From assembly GCA_900548675.1 (NCBI GenBank), contig URLJ01000002.1, positions 87,493 to 151,492 on the forward strand: a stretch of DNA of 64,000 bases, in the 5' to 3' direction. The stretch is from an uncultured Mollicutes bacterium. GTDB lineage: Bacteria; Bacillota_I; Bacilli_A; ML615J-28; CAG-313. Shown here piece by piece: positions 20,912 to 30,435 of this stretch. Position numbers and translations under genes: made by a program. Under the pieces are notes generated by a model, which had not been told where the DNA came from, made no database searches, and worked only from the letters and a program-made list of their open reading frames with translations. The first letter of the stretch is position 1; each line of letters starts with the position of its first letter.

Positions 20912-23900
20912 CTATTTATCTTTTAATATATCGTAAGCAGATGTATCAAATATATCTTTTTCTTGCTTTTCAACTGTTAATGAACTTGTTGCATCATATA
21001 ACAAGAAACGGAATTTTTCTTTACCTGCAGTATAATATATAAATTTAGGATTGCTTGGTGAAAAATAATCTACATCAACTGTATAATCATGTAAATCTTC
21101 TTTAGCAGTAGATGTTGCTTCATCAAGTGCAACACAACTATAGTTTTTACCACCACCATAATACGCAATCGCACCATTAACATAAGTCTCACCATTATAA
21201 CTAGCTAATATTTTTTCATGTGATATATCTTCATCATAGTATTCTTTTAATAGACTACTGAAATCCAAATTGAACCCTATTTTAGAAGCCACCGTTGTAA
21301 GGTTACCATTACTATCTTTGATCCCTTCAATTAAAGTGTCACTATTTACAGAAGATACCTTTTTCCAATCATAGAAACGTACATCATCTTTTAATCTCAA
21401 TAATGCAGGATAACTAGTACCGCTAATTCCACCCCAGCCAAGTTCACTGCCAAATTTAAAGTTATCACTGAAGTCCCAACCATGGAGAACTAATCCCCCA
21501 AACATCGCTTCAAGACCTATGCTGAATAATCCGGCATTCATAAATACACAGTTTTGCACCGTGATATCTGTTAGAATATAATTATTGTAAAATTTTTCAT
21601 CTTTATAATTATTATTATCAATTACATAGTTTTTAGTGCCATTACTTAAGTATGGTGATGCATCATCATAATAACTTACGTTGGTAATAGCATCTTGTGT
21701 CGTACTAATTGTTTTATTTGTAACACGTGTTGTTTTCATCACTTGGTTTGTACCAATCTTTAATAAGAATTCACGAGCATTAGTAAAAAGTGTTTTTGAG
21801 AAAGTAGCAGTTATGCGGTAATCACTAGGATTAAAGGTAGTATCGGTATGAGCTTTACCAAAAACTCTAACTGCAGTTCTACCATTATTTATTCTTGAGT
21901 AAGAAACATTACAATTATCGCCAACTATTTCTAAAACAGTACCACAATAATCTAAATTAGTTAAATCATATTCGCCATTACTTGAGGCGATGCTTTCATC
22001 ATTACATCCTTTTAATTCAACATTATGAATATTTATATTATCCTTTAAAACTGCAAAAATAATATTATCTTGAGATTTTACTGCTAAGTTGTTTGGAGCA
22101 CCGTTATAATCTTTATTGTATCTTACTAAATCAATTGGGCCACGATAAACGCGCGTACCAAATTTTTTATTTAACAATTGTGTCAAATTGTCTGCTGATA
22201 TAGCGTAACCATTTCCATATAAATCTGTTGATATTTCTACTGCGTAACGAATAACTGCATCTTTTAATTTACCAGTATTTTTATAATATGTAACATCACA
22301 AGTAGGATCCATCGTTGTAAGACAACTTAATGCATACTTTTCATAATTATCATCTTTAGTCATTTTTTCTAGTTCTGGTGCTAGCATAATATTGTTTTTC
22401 AAAACCATTACGTATTCTTTATCTTCAATATTCTTGCTGCAAACCATCAACTCTTCATATGTAGATATATTTATACCATTACTTAAAACATTTAATTTGA
22501 TGCTAGTTGAAGTATTGAGGTTATTCTTATCGATAACATCTACTTCCACTAAGCCTGTTTTACCTCCTAAATAGAAATAACCATCTTCACCAATTGTAAG
22601 GATATCTTCATCACTACTTGTTAAAATTAATTTAGAATAATCTATTTTTTCACTACCATTAGATAACATTCCAATTAAAGGTAGTCTCATTTTATGATCT
22701 TTATCAAACGGAATTAAACTCTTTAAAGATGTAGCACTATCAAATGAATAATATCCAAGGGTAGGAATTTCAGTGAATGATCCACTAACAACTTTAACAG
22801 GCATCTCATCATTATCTATTGCGAGAGATACATAATTGCTGTAGATTTTAACTTCTAGTGTTTCTACATCAAATAATTTTACCCCCGTGTCTTTTTGTGT
22901 GATTGAACATGTTAATTTAAATACACCTTCTAATTTATTAGTAGGTTTTATAAAACATCCAAAATAATAATTATTAGTTAATGGATTAACTTCCGCAAGT
23001 GTTATAACTTCAGCAGCATCTTTTTCTGATAAGCTAAATTTAACACTTACCTTTGATATATCTTTTATATCTGTATATAAAGTTGCAACTCTTGTATTTG
23101 AGGCATTCTTTCTCATCAATACTTCTAAGTTTTTATCAGCGTAATTAGCATATGTTAATAATGTTTCTTCAGTATGGTTTATACCAATAATAACTGCAAC
23201 ATAATTAACATCACTAACCTTTACAAGGATTACATCAAGTTTATCACCTATTTGAATAGCGTATGTCTTTTCATTAGATAAGAAATCTTTAGGATTATTA
23301 AATTCATACTCACCTGTTTGATCATCCCATGAAAGAGCTTTTCTTGTCATAGTAGAACCGAGAACAACAATTTTATTATTACCATCTAAATCAGTTACTT
23401 TAAGAGCACCTATGCTTGTTGGCGCTAACTCTTCTTTTTCAGTACTTCCAAAGCCACTTACTTTAACAGTTGTCTTATAAGCATATTTCAAATCTAGTGA
23501 TTCATCTTTTTTTATTATTTCAGTCAAATCTAAAACTTCAATCTCAGGTTCAGGATGAACAACAGGTTTTTCATGTGGTGTTACCTTCACTATAATAGCA
23601 CTTAAAGTCGTACCTTTTACATCGTCGCGAACTACTAATAATTCTAGTTCATAACCTATTTTTATTCCTTTAGTTTTTTCATTAGTTAAGAAATTACTAG
23701 GATTACTAAATGTATATACACCTTTTTCTTTATCCCAAGTAAGAGCGTTAGTTGAAGCGGTTGATCCAATTACTACTACTCTATTTTCACCATTTAAATC
23801 TGTCGCTTTAAAACAACCAGTTTCACTTGCTGCATCATCATCATAACTGAGGTTATTCCCCCAACTTTCAACTAAAACAGTTGTACGATATGCTTTCTTT

Positions 23901-24064
23901 AAATTTTCATTAGAATCTAAAGCACATATTTCTTGTAAACTTTTCCCTATTTTAGCAGGTTCTTTAAAACCTTTATCACCACTATTTCCTCCGCCACATC
24001 CTACAGCTACTACTGCTAGTACTAATACTAACAACATTCCTAAAATTTTTTTGATGTTTTTCAT
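20912..24064 (-). CDS. Large lipoprotein (1050 aa) with an internal duplicated roughly 100-aa module and a beta-helix-like C-terminal region
   Basis: Lipobox MKNIKKILGMLLVLVLAVVAVGCGGG. The units ...KATDLNGENRVVVIGSTASTNALTWDKEKGVYTFSNPSNFLTNEKT.. and ..KVTDLDGNNKIVVLGSTMTRKALSWDDQTGEYEFNNPKDFLSNEKT.. are repeated. Asn/Gly-rich beta-helix-like repeats follow. Confidence 0.8.
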   Translation of the reverse strand: MKNIKKILGMLLVLVLAVVAVGCGGGNSGDKGFKEPAKIGKSLQEICALDSNENLKKAYRTTVLVESWGNNLSYDDDAASETGCFKATDLNGENRVVVIGSTASTNALTWDKEKGVYTFSNPSNFLTNEKTKGIKIGYELELLVVRDDVKGTTLSAIIVKVTPHEKPVVHPEPEIEVLDLTEIIKKDESLDLKYAYKTTVKVSGFGSTEKEELAPTSIGALKVTDLDGNNKIVVLGSTMTRKALSWDDQTGEYEFNNPKDFLSNEKTYAIQIGDKLDVILVKVSDVNYVAVIIGINHTEETLLTYANYADKNLEVLMRKNASNTRVATLYTDIKDISKVSVKFSLSEKDAAEVITLAEVNPLTNNYYFGCFIKPTNKLEGVFKLTCSITQKDTGVKLFDVETLEVKIYSNYVSLAIDNDEMPVKVVSGSFTEIPTLGYYSFDSATSLKSLIPFDKDHKMRLPLIGMLSNGSEKIDYSKLILTSSDEDILTIGEDGYFYLGGKTGLVEVDVIDKNNLNTSTSIKLNVLSNGINISTYEELMVCSKNIEDKEYVMVLKNNIMLAPELEKMTKDDNYEKYALSCLTTMDPTCDVTYYKNTGKLKDAVIRYAVEISTDLYGNGYAISADNLTQLLNKKFGTRVYRGPIDLVRYNKDYNGAPNNLAVKSQDNIIFAVLKDNINIHNVELKGCNDESIASSNGEYDLTNLDYCGTVLEIVGDNCNVSYSRINNGRTAVRVFGKAHTDTTFNPSDYRITATFSKTLFTNAREFLLKIGTNQVMKTTRVTNKTISTTQDAITNVSYYDDASPYLSNGTKNYVIDNNNYKDEKFYNNYILTDITVQNCVFMNAGLFSIGLEAMFGGLVLHGWDFSDNFKFGSELGWGGISGTSYPALLRLKDDVRFYDWKKVSSVNSDTLIEGIKDSNGNLTTVASKIGFNLDFSSLLKEYYDEDISHEKILASYNGETYVNGAIAYYGGGKNYSCVALDEATSTAKEDLHDYTVDVDYFSPSNPKFIYYTAGKEKFRFLLYDATSSLTVEKQEKDIFDTSAYDILKDK
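23164..23881 (-). repeat. Intragenic duplication of two roughly 300-bp units separated by about 400 bp
   Basis: Visible at the DNA level (compare 23340-23420 with 23740-23820) and at the protein level. Confidence 0.55.
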
Positions 24065-24084
24065 TTTCTCATTTCCTTTCCTTA

Positions 24085-24819
24085 CTAATTTTCAAATATT
24101 TCCATAAATTGATCTTCAAGTGTTTTGTTTGGATTATTCTTTTTAAATTCACTAATTACAATATCTGCAACTATTTCGCCACCATTTATGATATAAGCTC
24201 TATCACACGTTTTTTCAACAGCATCTAAATTATGAGAAGAATACAAAACAGCATTACCTTTTTCTTTGTAGACTTCCATATAATCCCTTAGAGCTTTACT
24301 AGTCTGTGGATCAAGACCAGTGAGTGGTTCATCTAAAAGCCACAATTTAGGACGATGGATTAAATTAGCCATTAAACAAATTTTTTGACGCATTCCATGT
24401 GAATAAGAAGAAATTAAATTATAAATTGCATCTCCAAGCTTAAAGACTTGTTGCATTTCTTCAATTCGCTCTTTTCTTTTGTCTTCTGCTACACCATGGA
24501 TATCTGCAATAAAATTTATATATTCAAACCCTGTCATCTTTTCAAACATAGCATGATTATCAGGAACATAACCAATTTCATTTTTAGCTTTTAAATCATC
24601 TTTAACAATATCATAACCGCATATCTTAATACTACCTTTATCAAAAGAGAAAAAACCTGTTAAACACTTTATGGTAGTAGATTTTCCTGCCCCGTTTTTA
24701 CCAAGTAACCCAACTATTTCTCCTGCATAACAATCGATATTTATGTCTTTTACCGCATAGGTCGTTTGTTTATTATATTTTTTATATAAACCTTTTATTT
24801 CTACTATTTTTTCTTTCAT
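24085..24819 (-). CDS. ABC transporter ATP-binding protein (ABC-2/BcrA-like)
   Basis: Walker A GKNGAGKSTT, signature variant YSHGMRQK, Walker B LWLLDEPLTGLD. Confidence 0.85.
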   Translation of the reverse strand: MKEKIVEIKGLYKKYNKQTTYAVKDINIDCYAGEIVGLLGKNGAGKSTTIKCLTGFFSFDKGSIKICGYDIVKDDLKAKNEIGYVPDNHAMFEKMTGFEYINFIADIHGVAEDKRKERIEEMQQVFKLGDAIYNLISSYSHGMRQKICLMANLIHRPKLWLLDEPLTGLDPQTSKALRDYMEVYKEKGNAVLYSSHNLDAVEKTCDRAYIINGGEIVADIVISEFKKNNPNKTLEDQFMEIFEN

Positions 24820-24829
24820 TTACTTTCAC

Positions 24830-25573
24830 CTAAATAACATTAACTAATATTTTAATTGTTTTTTCTTCATTTGAAATATTACCATTTTCATCAAGTAAAA
24901 CATATTTATAAGTTACGCTAACATAACTACTTCCTTTTTTAACTCCTGTTACTTTCCAACTGAACTTATCTGTAATAACTAGCACTTGTTCAGTTACGTT
25001 TTGAATGCTGAATTTACCCGTACCTAAAAGATAATCTCTTCCAATATTATATTTTTCTTGTAATTCTTCATCAAGTGGTAAATATTCAGTTATCGTGGTT
25101 TCTTCACCCACATTAATTGTGATTTCTCCTTTTTCAAAGTCAATTATTTTTACATCTTCTTTATTCATGTCTTTAGTTTTAATTCCCAAGGGTTCTGAGC
25201 AAATAAAATTAAAAGTTACAGCATCACTTCGATCCATCGCATTAACTCTTACCTTTATCCATCCGAGTGATTTAGGAATTACTACGCCATCATCCGTGAC
25301 TTCTACTTTTGCCTGCGGTTTGTTTTCAACTTCTTCGATAGTATATTTTAGTGTAATATTTACATCTTTTGGCATCACTATCGCCTCTATTTTTAGAAGA
25401 GGGTTATTTTCTAATTCTTTAGCGATATCCACTACCCTTGTGTGACGGCCATCTACACTAACACTTGTAACAGTAGGATTCACAACTATTGCGGTTTTTT
25501 TAATTACAACACTTGTTGTAAAAATTAAAATGATTGGAATTATTAGTATTAGAATTATTATTTTTTGTTTCAT
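24830..25573 (-). CDS. Membrane-anchored extracellular protein (N-terminal TM plus a beta-rich Ig-like ectodomain) associated with the ABC transporter
   Basis: MKQKIIILILIIPIILIFTTSVV is a TM helix. The remainder is beta-rich. The gene is wedged between the permease and the ATPase with 7-10 nt gaps. Confidence 0.5.
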   Translation of the reverse strand: MKQKIIILILIIPIILIFTTSVVIKKTAIVVNPTVTSVSVDGRHTRVVDIAKELENNPLLKIEAIVMPKDVNITLKYTIEEVENKPQAKVEVTDDGVVIPKSLGWIKVRVNAMDRSDAVTFNFICSEPLGIKTKDMNKEDVKIIDFEKGEITINVGEETTITEYLPLDEELQEKYNIGRDYLLGTGKFSIQNVTEQVLVITDKFSWKVTGVKKGSSYVSVTYKYVLLDENGNISNEEKTIKILVNVI

Positions 25574-25579
25574 AACTCT

Positions 25580-27250
25580 TTACCCCTCAAATTCATGATA
25601 TCTTTTATTTAACGATTTTATCAAATATAGATACGATAATACTAATATTACAACTACGCTAATAGTTAAAAAGCCGATGGATAACCACATAGCTAAAGCG
25701 CTAGATTTAAGAGTTGAAACCACTACGGATAGTGTGAGTGAACCTCCTCCTAAAATAATTGATACGATAAGACCTAGGAAGATAACAACCGATGTTCCAA
25801 CATTTTCTTCCGCATCATCACTATTAGTTATTTTAGGATTATTTAAGTCTTTTCTCGTCGCAAACATTATTTCTGATGCCGATAAGAGACTCGCAATTAT
25901 AAATATAACTAAGGCTTGATACCACGTAATGAAGCCTGTTGCGAGAAGTATTACATCACTTGCGATAAGGCCTATTTCCGAAACAATTAAACAGAACAAA
26001 ACTTTACTTAAAACGATTTGTTTACCACTAACTGGTAATGTTTTTAAAATATAAAGCATCTTTCCATCTCTTGAAATATTTGTGGTACAAAAAGTATTTG
26101 TTATTACAACAAACATTGTTATTACAAATATCGCTAATTCATAATCACAATTCACTAAAGCAATACCAGGTATTTTAATCATCATTTCTTTCATAATATT
26201 AACACAAACATATATCATAAATGGCAGAGTAACTGTCGTCGCAAGATATTGGAATGCATAACTTGGTGTTCTTAAAACCACCTTAAATTCTTTTATAATT
26301 AGGCTTGTAATAATATTCTGTTTTTTATATCTTACTTTAGGTGTTTTTTCTCTTTTATTTATGCCTTCAAGTTTGATTTGAAGTAGTTTTTTGTATACTA
26401 CACCAACAATAAAAACACTAAGAACAACACACAAGAAAGATAGTCCAATAATTATCATTAATGATAAAAAATAATTTTGATTTATCATCATTTTCGCAAA
26501 TAAATTAATCGGATATGCACGATCACATATTTTTTCTATTACTGCTATTCGCCGCAATTCAAAGAAGTATGTCATATCACCACTTTGAAGTAGGGCGGTT
26601 AAAACATTTAAAAATATACTATATAAATAAAAACCAATACCCAAGATTATTACATATATTACTAGATGGAGGATAAATTTCTTTTCAATAAAATCCATCA
26701 CATAATTGTATCCAATTGATAATACGGCGGCAATTCCACATGATACCATTGGAATTAAGAAAAGGTGAAGGACAATTGAAGAATAGAACGCTACTCCACT
26801 TGCATAACTACTGATATTAGCCACTACAATGCTGACGGGTATTATGATTATAGCAGTCGATGCTATTTGAGATAAATATATTTTAATTAACTTATACAAG
26901 AAAATGCTCTTTGAACTAATTGGATGAACCATAAGAACTTCCATATCTTTTGTACTCATCGTTGTCGTATATATCTTTTTCACACCCAGTAAAACGTTAA
27001 TTACGATGATTCCTCCATAAGTTATGGTAAGTATTTCAAATAATCTTCTTATTTCATTTGATGGATCATCAAACGTTTTTGTAATATACATTTTAGTAAA
27101 TTTATAATACACATATATAAATGTTCCATAAAGAATGAGGATTAAAAGGATTGTGGATATGTATCCTAATATATCTTTTTTATTTCTTTTAAAAATTGAT
27201 AAAAACCTTTCAGTAAAATCTTTTTTAAATAAAATTAGTACTTTATTCAT
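25580..27250 (-). CDS. Polytopic ABC transporter permease (about 12 TM; ABC-2 type exporter-like)
   Basis: 556 aa of alternating hydrophobic helices. It is the first gene of the operon and is followed closely by the ATPase. Confidence 0.6.
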   Translation of the reverse strand: MNKVLILFKKDFTERFLSIFKRNKKDILGYISTILLILILYGTFIYVYYKFTKMYITKTFDDPSNEIRRLFEILTITYGGIIVINVLLGVKKIYTTTMSTKDMEVLMVHPISSKSIFLYKLIKIYLSQIASTAIIIIPVSIVVANISSYASGVAFYSSIVLHLFLIPMVSCGIAAVLSIGYNYVMDFIEKKFILHLVIYVIILGIGFYLYSIFLNVLTALLQSGDMTYFFELRRIAVIEKICDRAYPINLFAKMMINQNYFLSLMIIIGLSFLCVVLSVFIVGVVYKKLLQIKLEGINKREKTPKVRYKKQNIITSLIIKEFKVVLRTPSYAFQYLATTVTLPFMIYVCVNIMKEMMIKIPGIALVNCDYELAIFVITMFVVITNTFCTTNISRDGKMLYILKTLPVSGKQIVLSKVLFCLIVSEIGLIASDVILLATGFITWYQALVIFIIASLLSASEIMFATRKDLNNPKITNSDDAEENVGTSVVIFLGLIVSIILGGGSLTLSVVVSTLKSSALAMWLSIGFLTISVVVILVLSYLYLIKSLNKRYHEFEG

Positions 27251-27292
27251 AAAATCTCCTGTTGATACGATTTTCCCCCTCTTTACTTGTTT

Positions 27293-27301
27293 ATTATAAC
27301 A
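27293..27301 (-). promoter_or_regulatory. Extended -10 element (TGtTATAAT) upstream of the permease start. This is the likely promoter of the ABC/giant-protein operon.
   Basis: The minus strand reads aTGtTATAAT about 40 nt upstream of the ATG at 27250. The SD agagggggaaaa lies between. No clear -35. Confidence 0.4.
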
Positions 27302-27393
27302 TATTGAAATTACAAAGCCTTATTTTACGTACCTACTAGTTCTAGTAAAAGACCTACCTTTGTACTACAAAAGCTAGTAGATAATTATTATTT

Positions 27394-27447
27394 AAAAAAA
27401 GCAGTTCTATTAAATACCCTTTAAAAGGATATATAGAACTGCTTTTT
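27394..27447 (-). terminator. Rho-independent terminator of the RHH/SPFH/TIR operon
   Basis: Stem agcagttctat...atagaactgct flanked by A- and T-tracts, immediately after the stop of the TIR gene. Confidence 0.7.
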
Positions 27448-27451
27448 ATTA

Positions 27452-30421
27452 TTAATTTTCTATTATGACTAGTGTTTGACCACCACTAACTGTTTCACCT
27501 TTTTTTACCCATATTTCTTTAACTGTCCCTGATATTGGTGAAACAATTTCGTTTTTTAACTTCATTGCTTCTAAAGATAATAGCGTACTTCCTTTAGGCA
27601 CTTTATCACCAACATTTACGGCTATATCTAATACTTCTCCTGCCATTGGGGCTTTAATTATTTCTCTTACTTTTTCTAAGGATGGTTCACTATTAAAATC
27701 CACATCAGTATCAACAATTATGATAGGTGCTATACCATGTCTTTTTTGATATACAAGTGATGATTCTTTTTCACCTTGGTTAGAAACGACGAAACATTTA
27801 TCAATAACAGTTGGGAAAGGAGTTCTTAAAAAGTAACTACCTTTTTTATCAAGTGTCGCACATCCTTTAGCAACAGCATAATCTGTAGGTCTTTTTACAT
27901 CTACTTGATCGATATAACAAGGTATCGTTACTTTGTCAATAGTGTTTTCACAAACACATCCAAGATATAGATTATTGCTGTTGTTTGCGGTATTAGGAGT
28001 AGTGTATATACTATTATCTACATTCATAGGTAGTATATATGTATCTAGTGCGTTGTTAAAGGCTTTTTTATAAAATTCATTATTAAGCCAACTGCGTACA
28101 TCAGAATATTCATAGTTATTAGGTTTAATCATTTTACCATCAATCATTCGTTCACGACACATTGAGGCATATTCTTGTCTATCAAGAATAGTTTCACTTA
28201 ATAAAATATATGCACTTTCTTTTCCTTCATCATTTTCAGTTTTTTGAACTGTCCATTTAATTGGCATTACTTTAAAGTAATAAGTTTTACCAGCCTCAAG
28301 AGCAGTTTGATCTGATGTGTAGTAATTACTAATATTAACATCAGCTACTACTTTTTCGTAACGTGCTCCGTCACTTCCCAAATAGTAACCATCTTTATCA
28401 GGGGTATCACTTGTTATTTTAACATATTCTTTTTTTAAATCTTGAGGATATTCTCCAAAATAAATGGTTTCACCATCTTTTTTTCCACCAATAGATGCCC
28501 ATTTAACTTTTAAAATGATTGTAGCAGTTTTATCTTCTGATACGGTATATTTATCAACCACTAATTCATTTGATTCACCTATACCTGGTTTTTTAGCTAT
28601 TAAATGACCATTTACTAATTTAACTAATCCTCCATTACCATCGTATGTAATATCAATCTTAAAGCCTAGTGACATAAGACTTGTAATTGCTTCTTTATAA
28701 TAATTGTTATAAAGTTTAAGTTTAGCATCATACATACCATTCTTTATTTTACCCTTAGCGAAGAGCCCAAGTTTGGCATCTTTTTGTGGTATTACTTCTA
28801 TTACTGTTTCAGTAAATCCCGCTTGTTTTAATCTTTCATTTTCTTCTGTGATAAATTTTTGTCTTTCTGTATAACGCTTTTCTTTTACTTCTCGTTGTTT
28901 TAATTCTTTATAAGTGTTGTTAACTTCTACAAATAATGCTCTACCTTCATCATCTAAATCAATATTCGATAATAAATTATATGCAGTTTTAACATCGCCA
29001 TCGGCAAATGCCTTTCTTACTTTCGTATATGTCTCTTGCATATATTGATATGTATTCTGGCAATCTTCAAGTTTATCTTTAGCATCACAGAAATCATCTG
29101 CTTGAGTTAATTCTTCAATTGCCTCTTTGTAATTATTAGTTAAAATATAATTTACTGCAGCATCATAATGTTTTTTACATTCATTATTTTTTATTATCTT
29201 ATTGCTGATTGACAGTAACTCTTCTTTATATTCAGCGTCCGCAAAAGTTAAAGCTTTTTTAAAGTTTTTATTATTTGTAATATCACTCGTGTAATTAACT
29301 AAATCGCCGGCTTTAGTAAGTGATAAGTCGATTAACATTAATAAAAAGTAAGCTTTGGCATTTTCAGGATCAATATTTAAAATATTATCAAGAACTTCTT
29401 TGGCTTTAGGATAATCTTCATCACTGATTAAAATTTCACTTCTTCTAAGTAAAGGAGATACGTTATTATTGATATTTGTGTTTTGAATTGTTTGTTCCAC
29501 CACTATTTGCTTTTTAATGGTTCTATCAAAGATTTTATCAATACCTCTTACAAGATCTTGAATAAATCCTAATTTATTCATATCCTGAGCTTGGAACAAC
29601 GCTAATTCTTCTGGTAACTCGTAAGCTTCCATATCTCTGTAACATGGTATAATATATCTTTTTTGGTCCGTATCATCCATCATACTGATGAATCTACTCC
29701 ACTCATTTTTAACCCATACCGCATTATAATATTCTGGCTTTGTTCCTATTACAAGCATAACTTTAGCACTTGATAAGGCAGCATATATATATGGTTCATA
29801 CTTAGCACCAGGAATACTTTCAAGGGTTATTTTTGAGAAGAATACCCGGTATCCTTTACTTACTAATTCATCATATACTTCTTGGGCTATTACAGAATCC
29901 CTCGTTCTTTTTCCTTCAGAACTTGTTTCTTTATAACAAATGAATATATCATAAGGCTCTTCTTTTTGTGATATCATCAATATCTCTTTTTGCAATCTAT
30001 TGATTTCTTCAGCTTCTGCTTGATATATTCTTTTAGCTACCACGTCACTGTTTTCAATGGCTGCTAAATAATCAATGTCATCAAAAATTGATTTTAATTG
30101 TGTTCTATGACATGTAGGAATCTTTCTATTTGTAGCTTTATCATCAACATATTCTATTCCATATCTACAAAGTAATAATCCCCAGTGAGCTTCTGCATCT
30201 TTAGGATTTTCATTAATAATGTTTTCATATGTTATGATAGCTTTATCAAACATATTATTTAGTCTTAAACTATTAGCTCTGTTATGAAGGGCGGCTAGCT
30301 TTTCATTATCTACAATATTAGGAACCGTTTGTTCTCTTTCACAATATTCACATCTAGCCGTTGTGGCTCCTTCTGGAACGTTAATTATAGCCCCACATGC
30401 TTTACATTTAAATTCTCTCAT
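27452..30421 (-). CDS. Multidomain protein (989 aa). Domains in order: N-terminal C4 zinc ribbon, TIR domain, helical/TPR-like region, unknown beta-rich region, and a C-terminal biotinyl/lipoyl (BCCP-like) domain.
   Basis: Zinc ribbon: CKACG...CEYCE. TIR: YDIFICYKETSSEGKRTRDSVIAQEVYDELVSKGYRVFF...AKVMLVIGT...YYNAVWVKNEWSRF (about aa 155-290). C-terminus: IKAPMAGEVLDIAVNVGDKVPKGSTLLSLEAMKLKNEIVSPISGTVKEIWVKKGETVSGGQTLVIIEN, which matches the AccB biotinyl-domain consensus including EAMK. Confidence 0.7.
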   Translation of the reverse strand: MREFKCKACGAIINVPEGATTARCEYCEREQTVPNIVDNEKLAALHNRANSLRLNNMFDKAIITYENIINENPKDAEAHWGLLLCRYGIEYVDDKATNRKIPTCHRTQLKSIFDDIDYLAAIENSDVVAKRIYQAEAEEINRLQKEILMISQKEEPYDIFICYKETSSEGKRTRDSVIAQEVYDELVSKGYRVFFSKITLESIPGAKYEPYIYAALSSAKVMLVIGTKPEYYNAVWVKNEWSRFISMMDDTDQKRYIIPCYRDMEAYELPEELALFQAQDMNKLGFIQDLVRGIDKIFDRTIKKQIVVEQTIQNTNINNNVSPLLRRSEILISDEDYPKAKEVLDNILNIDPENAKAYFLLMLIDLSLTKAGDLVNYTSDITNNKNFKKALTFADAEYKEELLSISNKIIKNNECKKHYDAAVNYILTNNYKEAIEELTQADDFCDAKDKLEDCQNTYQYMQETYTKVRKAFADGDVKTAYNLLSNIDLDDEGRALFVEVNNTYKELKQREVKEKRYTERQKFITEENERLKQAGFTETVIEVIPQKDAKLGLFAKGKIKNGMYDAKLKLYNNYYKEAITSLMSLGFKIDITYDGNGGLVKLVNGHLIAKKPGIGESNELVVDKYTVSEDKTATIILKVKWASIGGKKDGETIYFGEYPQDLKKEYVKITSDTPDKDGYYLGSDGARYEKVVADVNISNYYTSDQTALEAGKTYYFKVMPIKWTVQKTENDEGKESAYILLSETILDRQEYASMCRERMIDGKMIKPNNYEYSDVRSWLNNEFYKKAFNNALDTYILPMNVDNSIYTTPNTANNSNNLYLGCVCENTIDKVTIPCYIDQVDVKRPTDYAVAKGCATLDKKGSYFLRTPFPTVIDKCFVVSNQGEKESSLVYQKRHGIAPIIIVDTDVDFNSEPSLEKVREIIKAPMAGEVLDIAVNVGDKVPKGSTLLSLEAMKLKNEIVSPISGTVKEIWVKKGETVSGGQTLVIIEN

Positions 30422-30435
30422 ATATATCCTCTTTT

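Noticed and set aside
27302-27330. A -35 element for the ABC/giant-protein operon promoter
   Set aside because: No hexamer resembling TTGACA lies 16-18 nt from the -10. Only the extended -10 (TGtTATAAT) is called.
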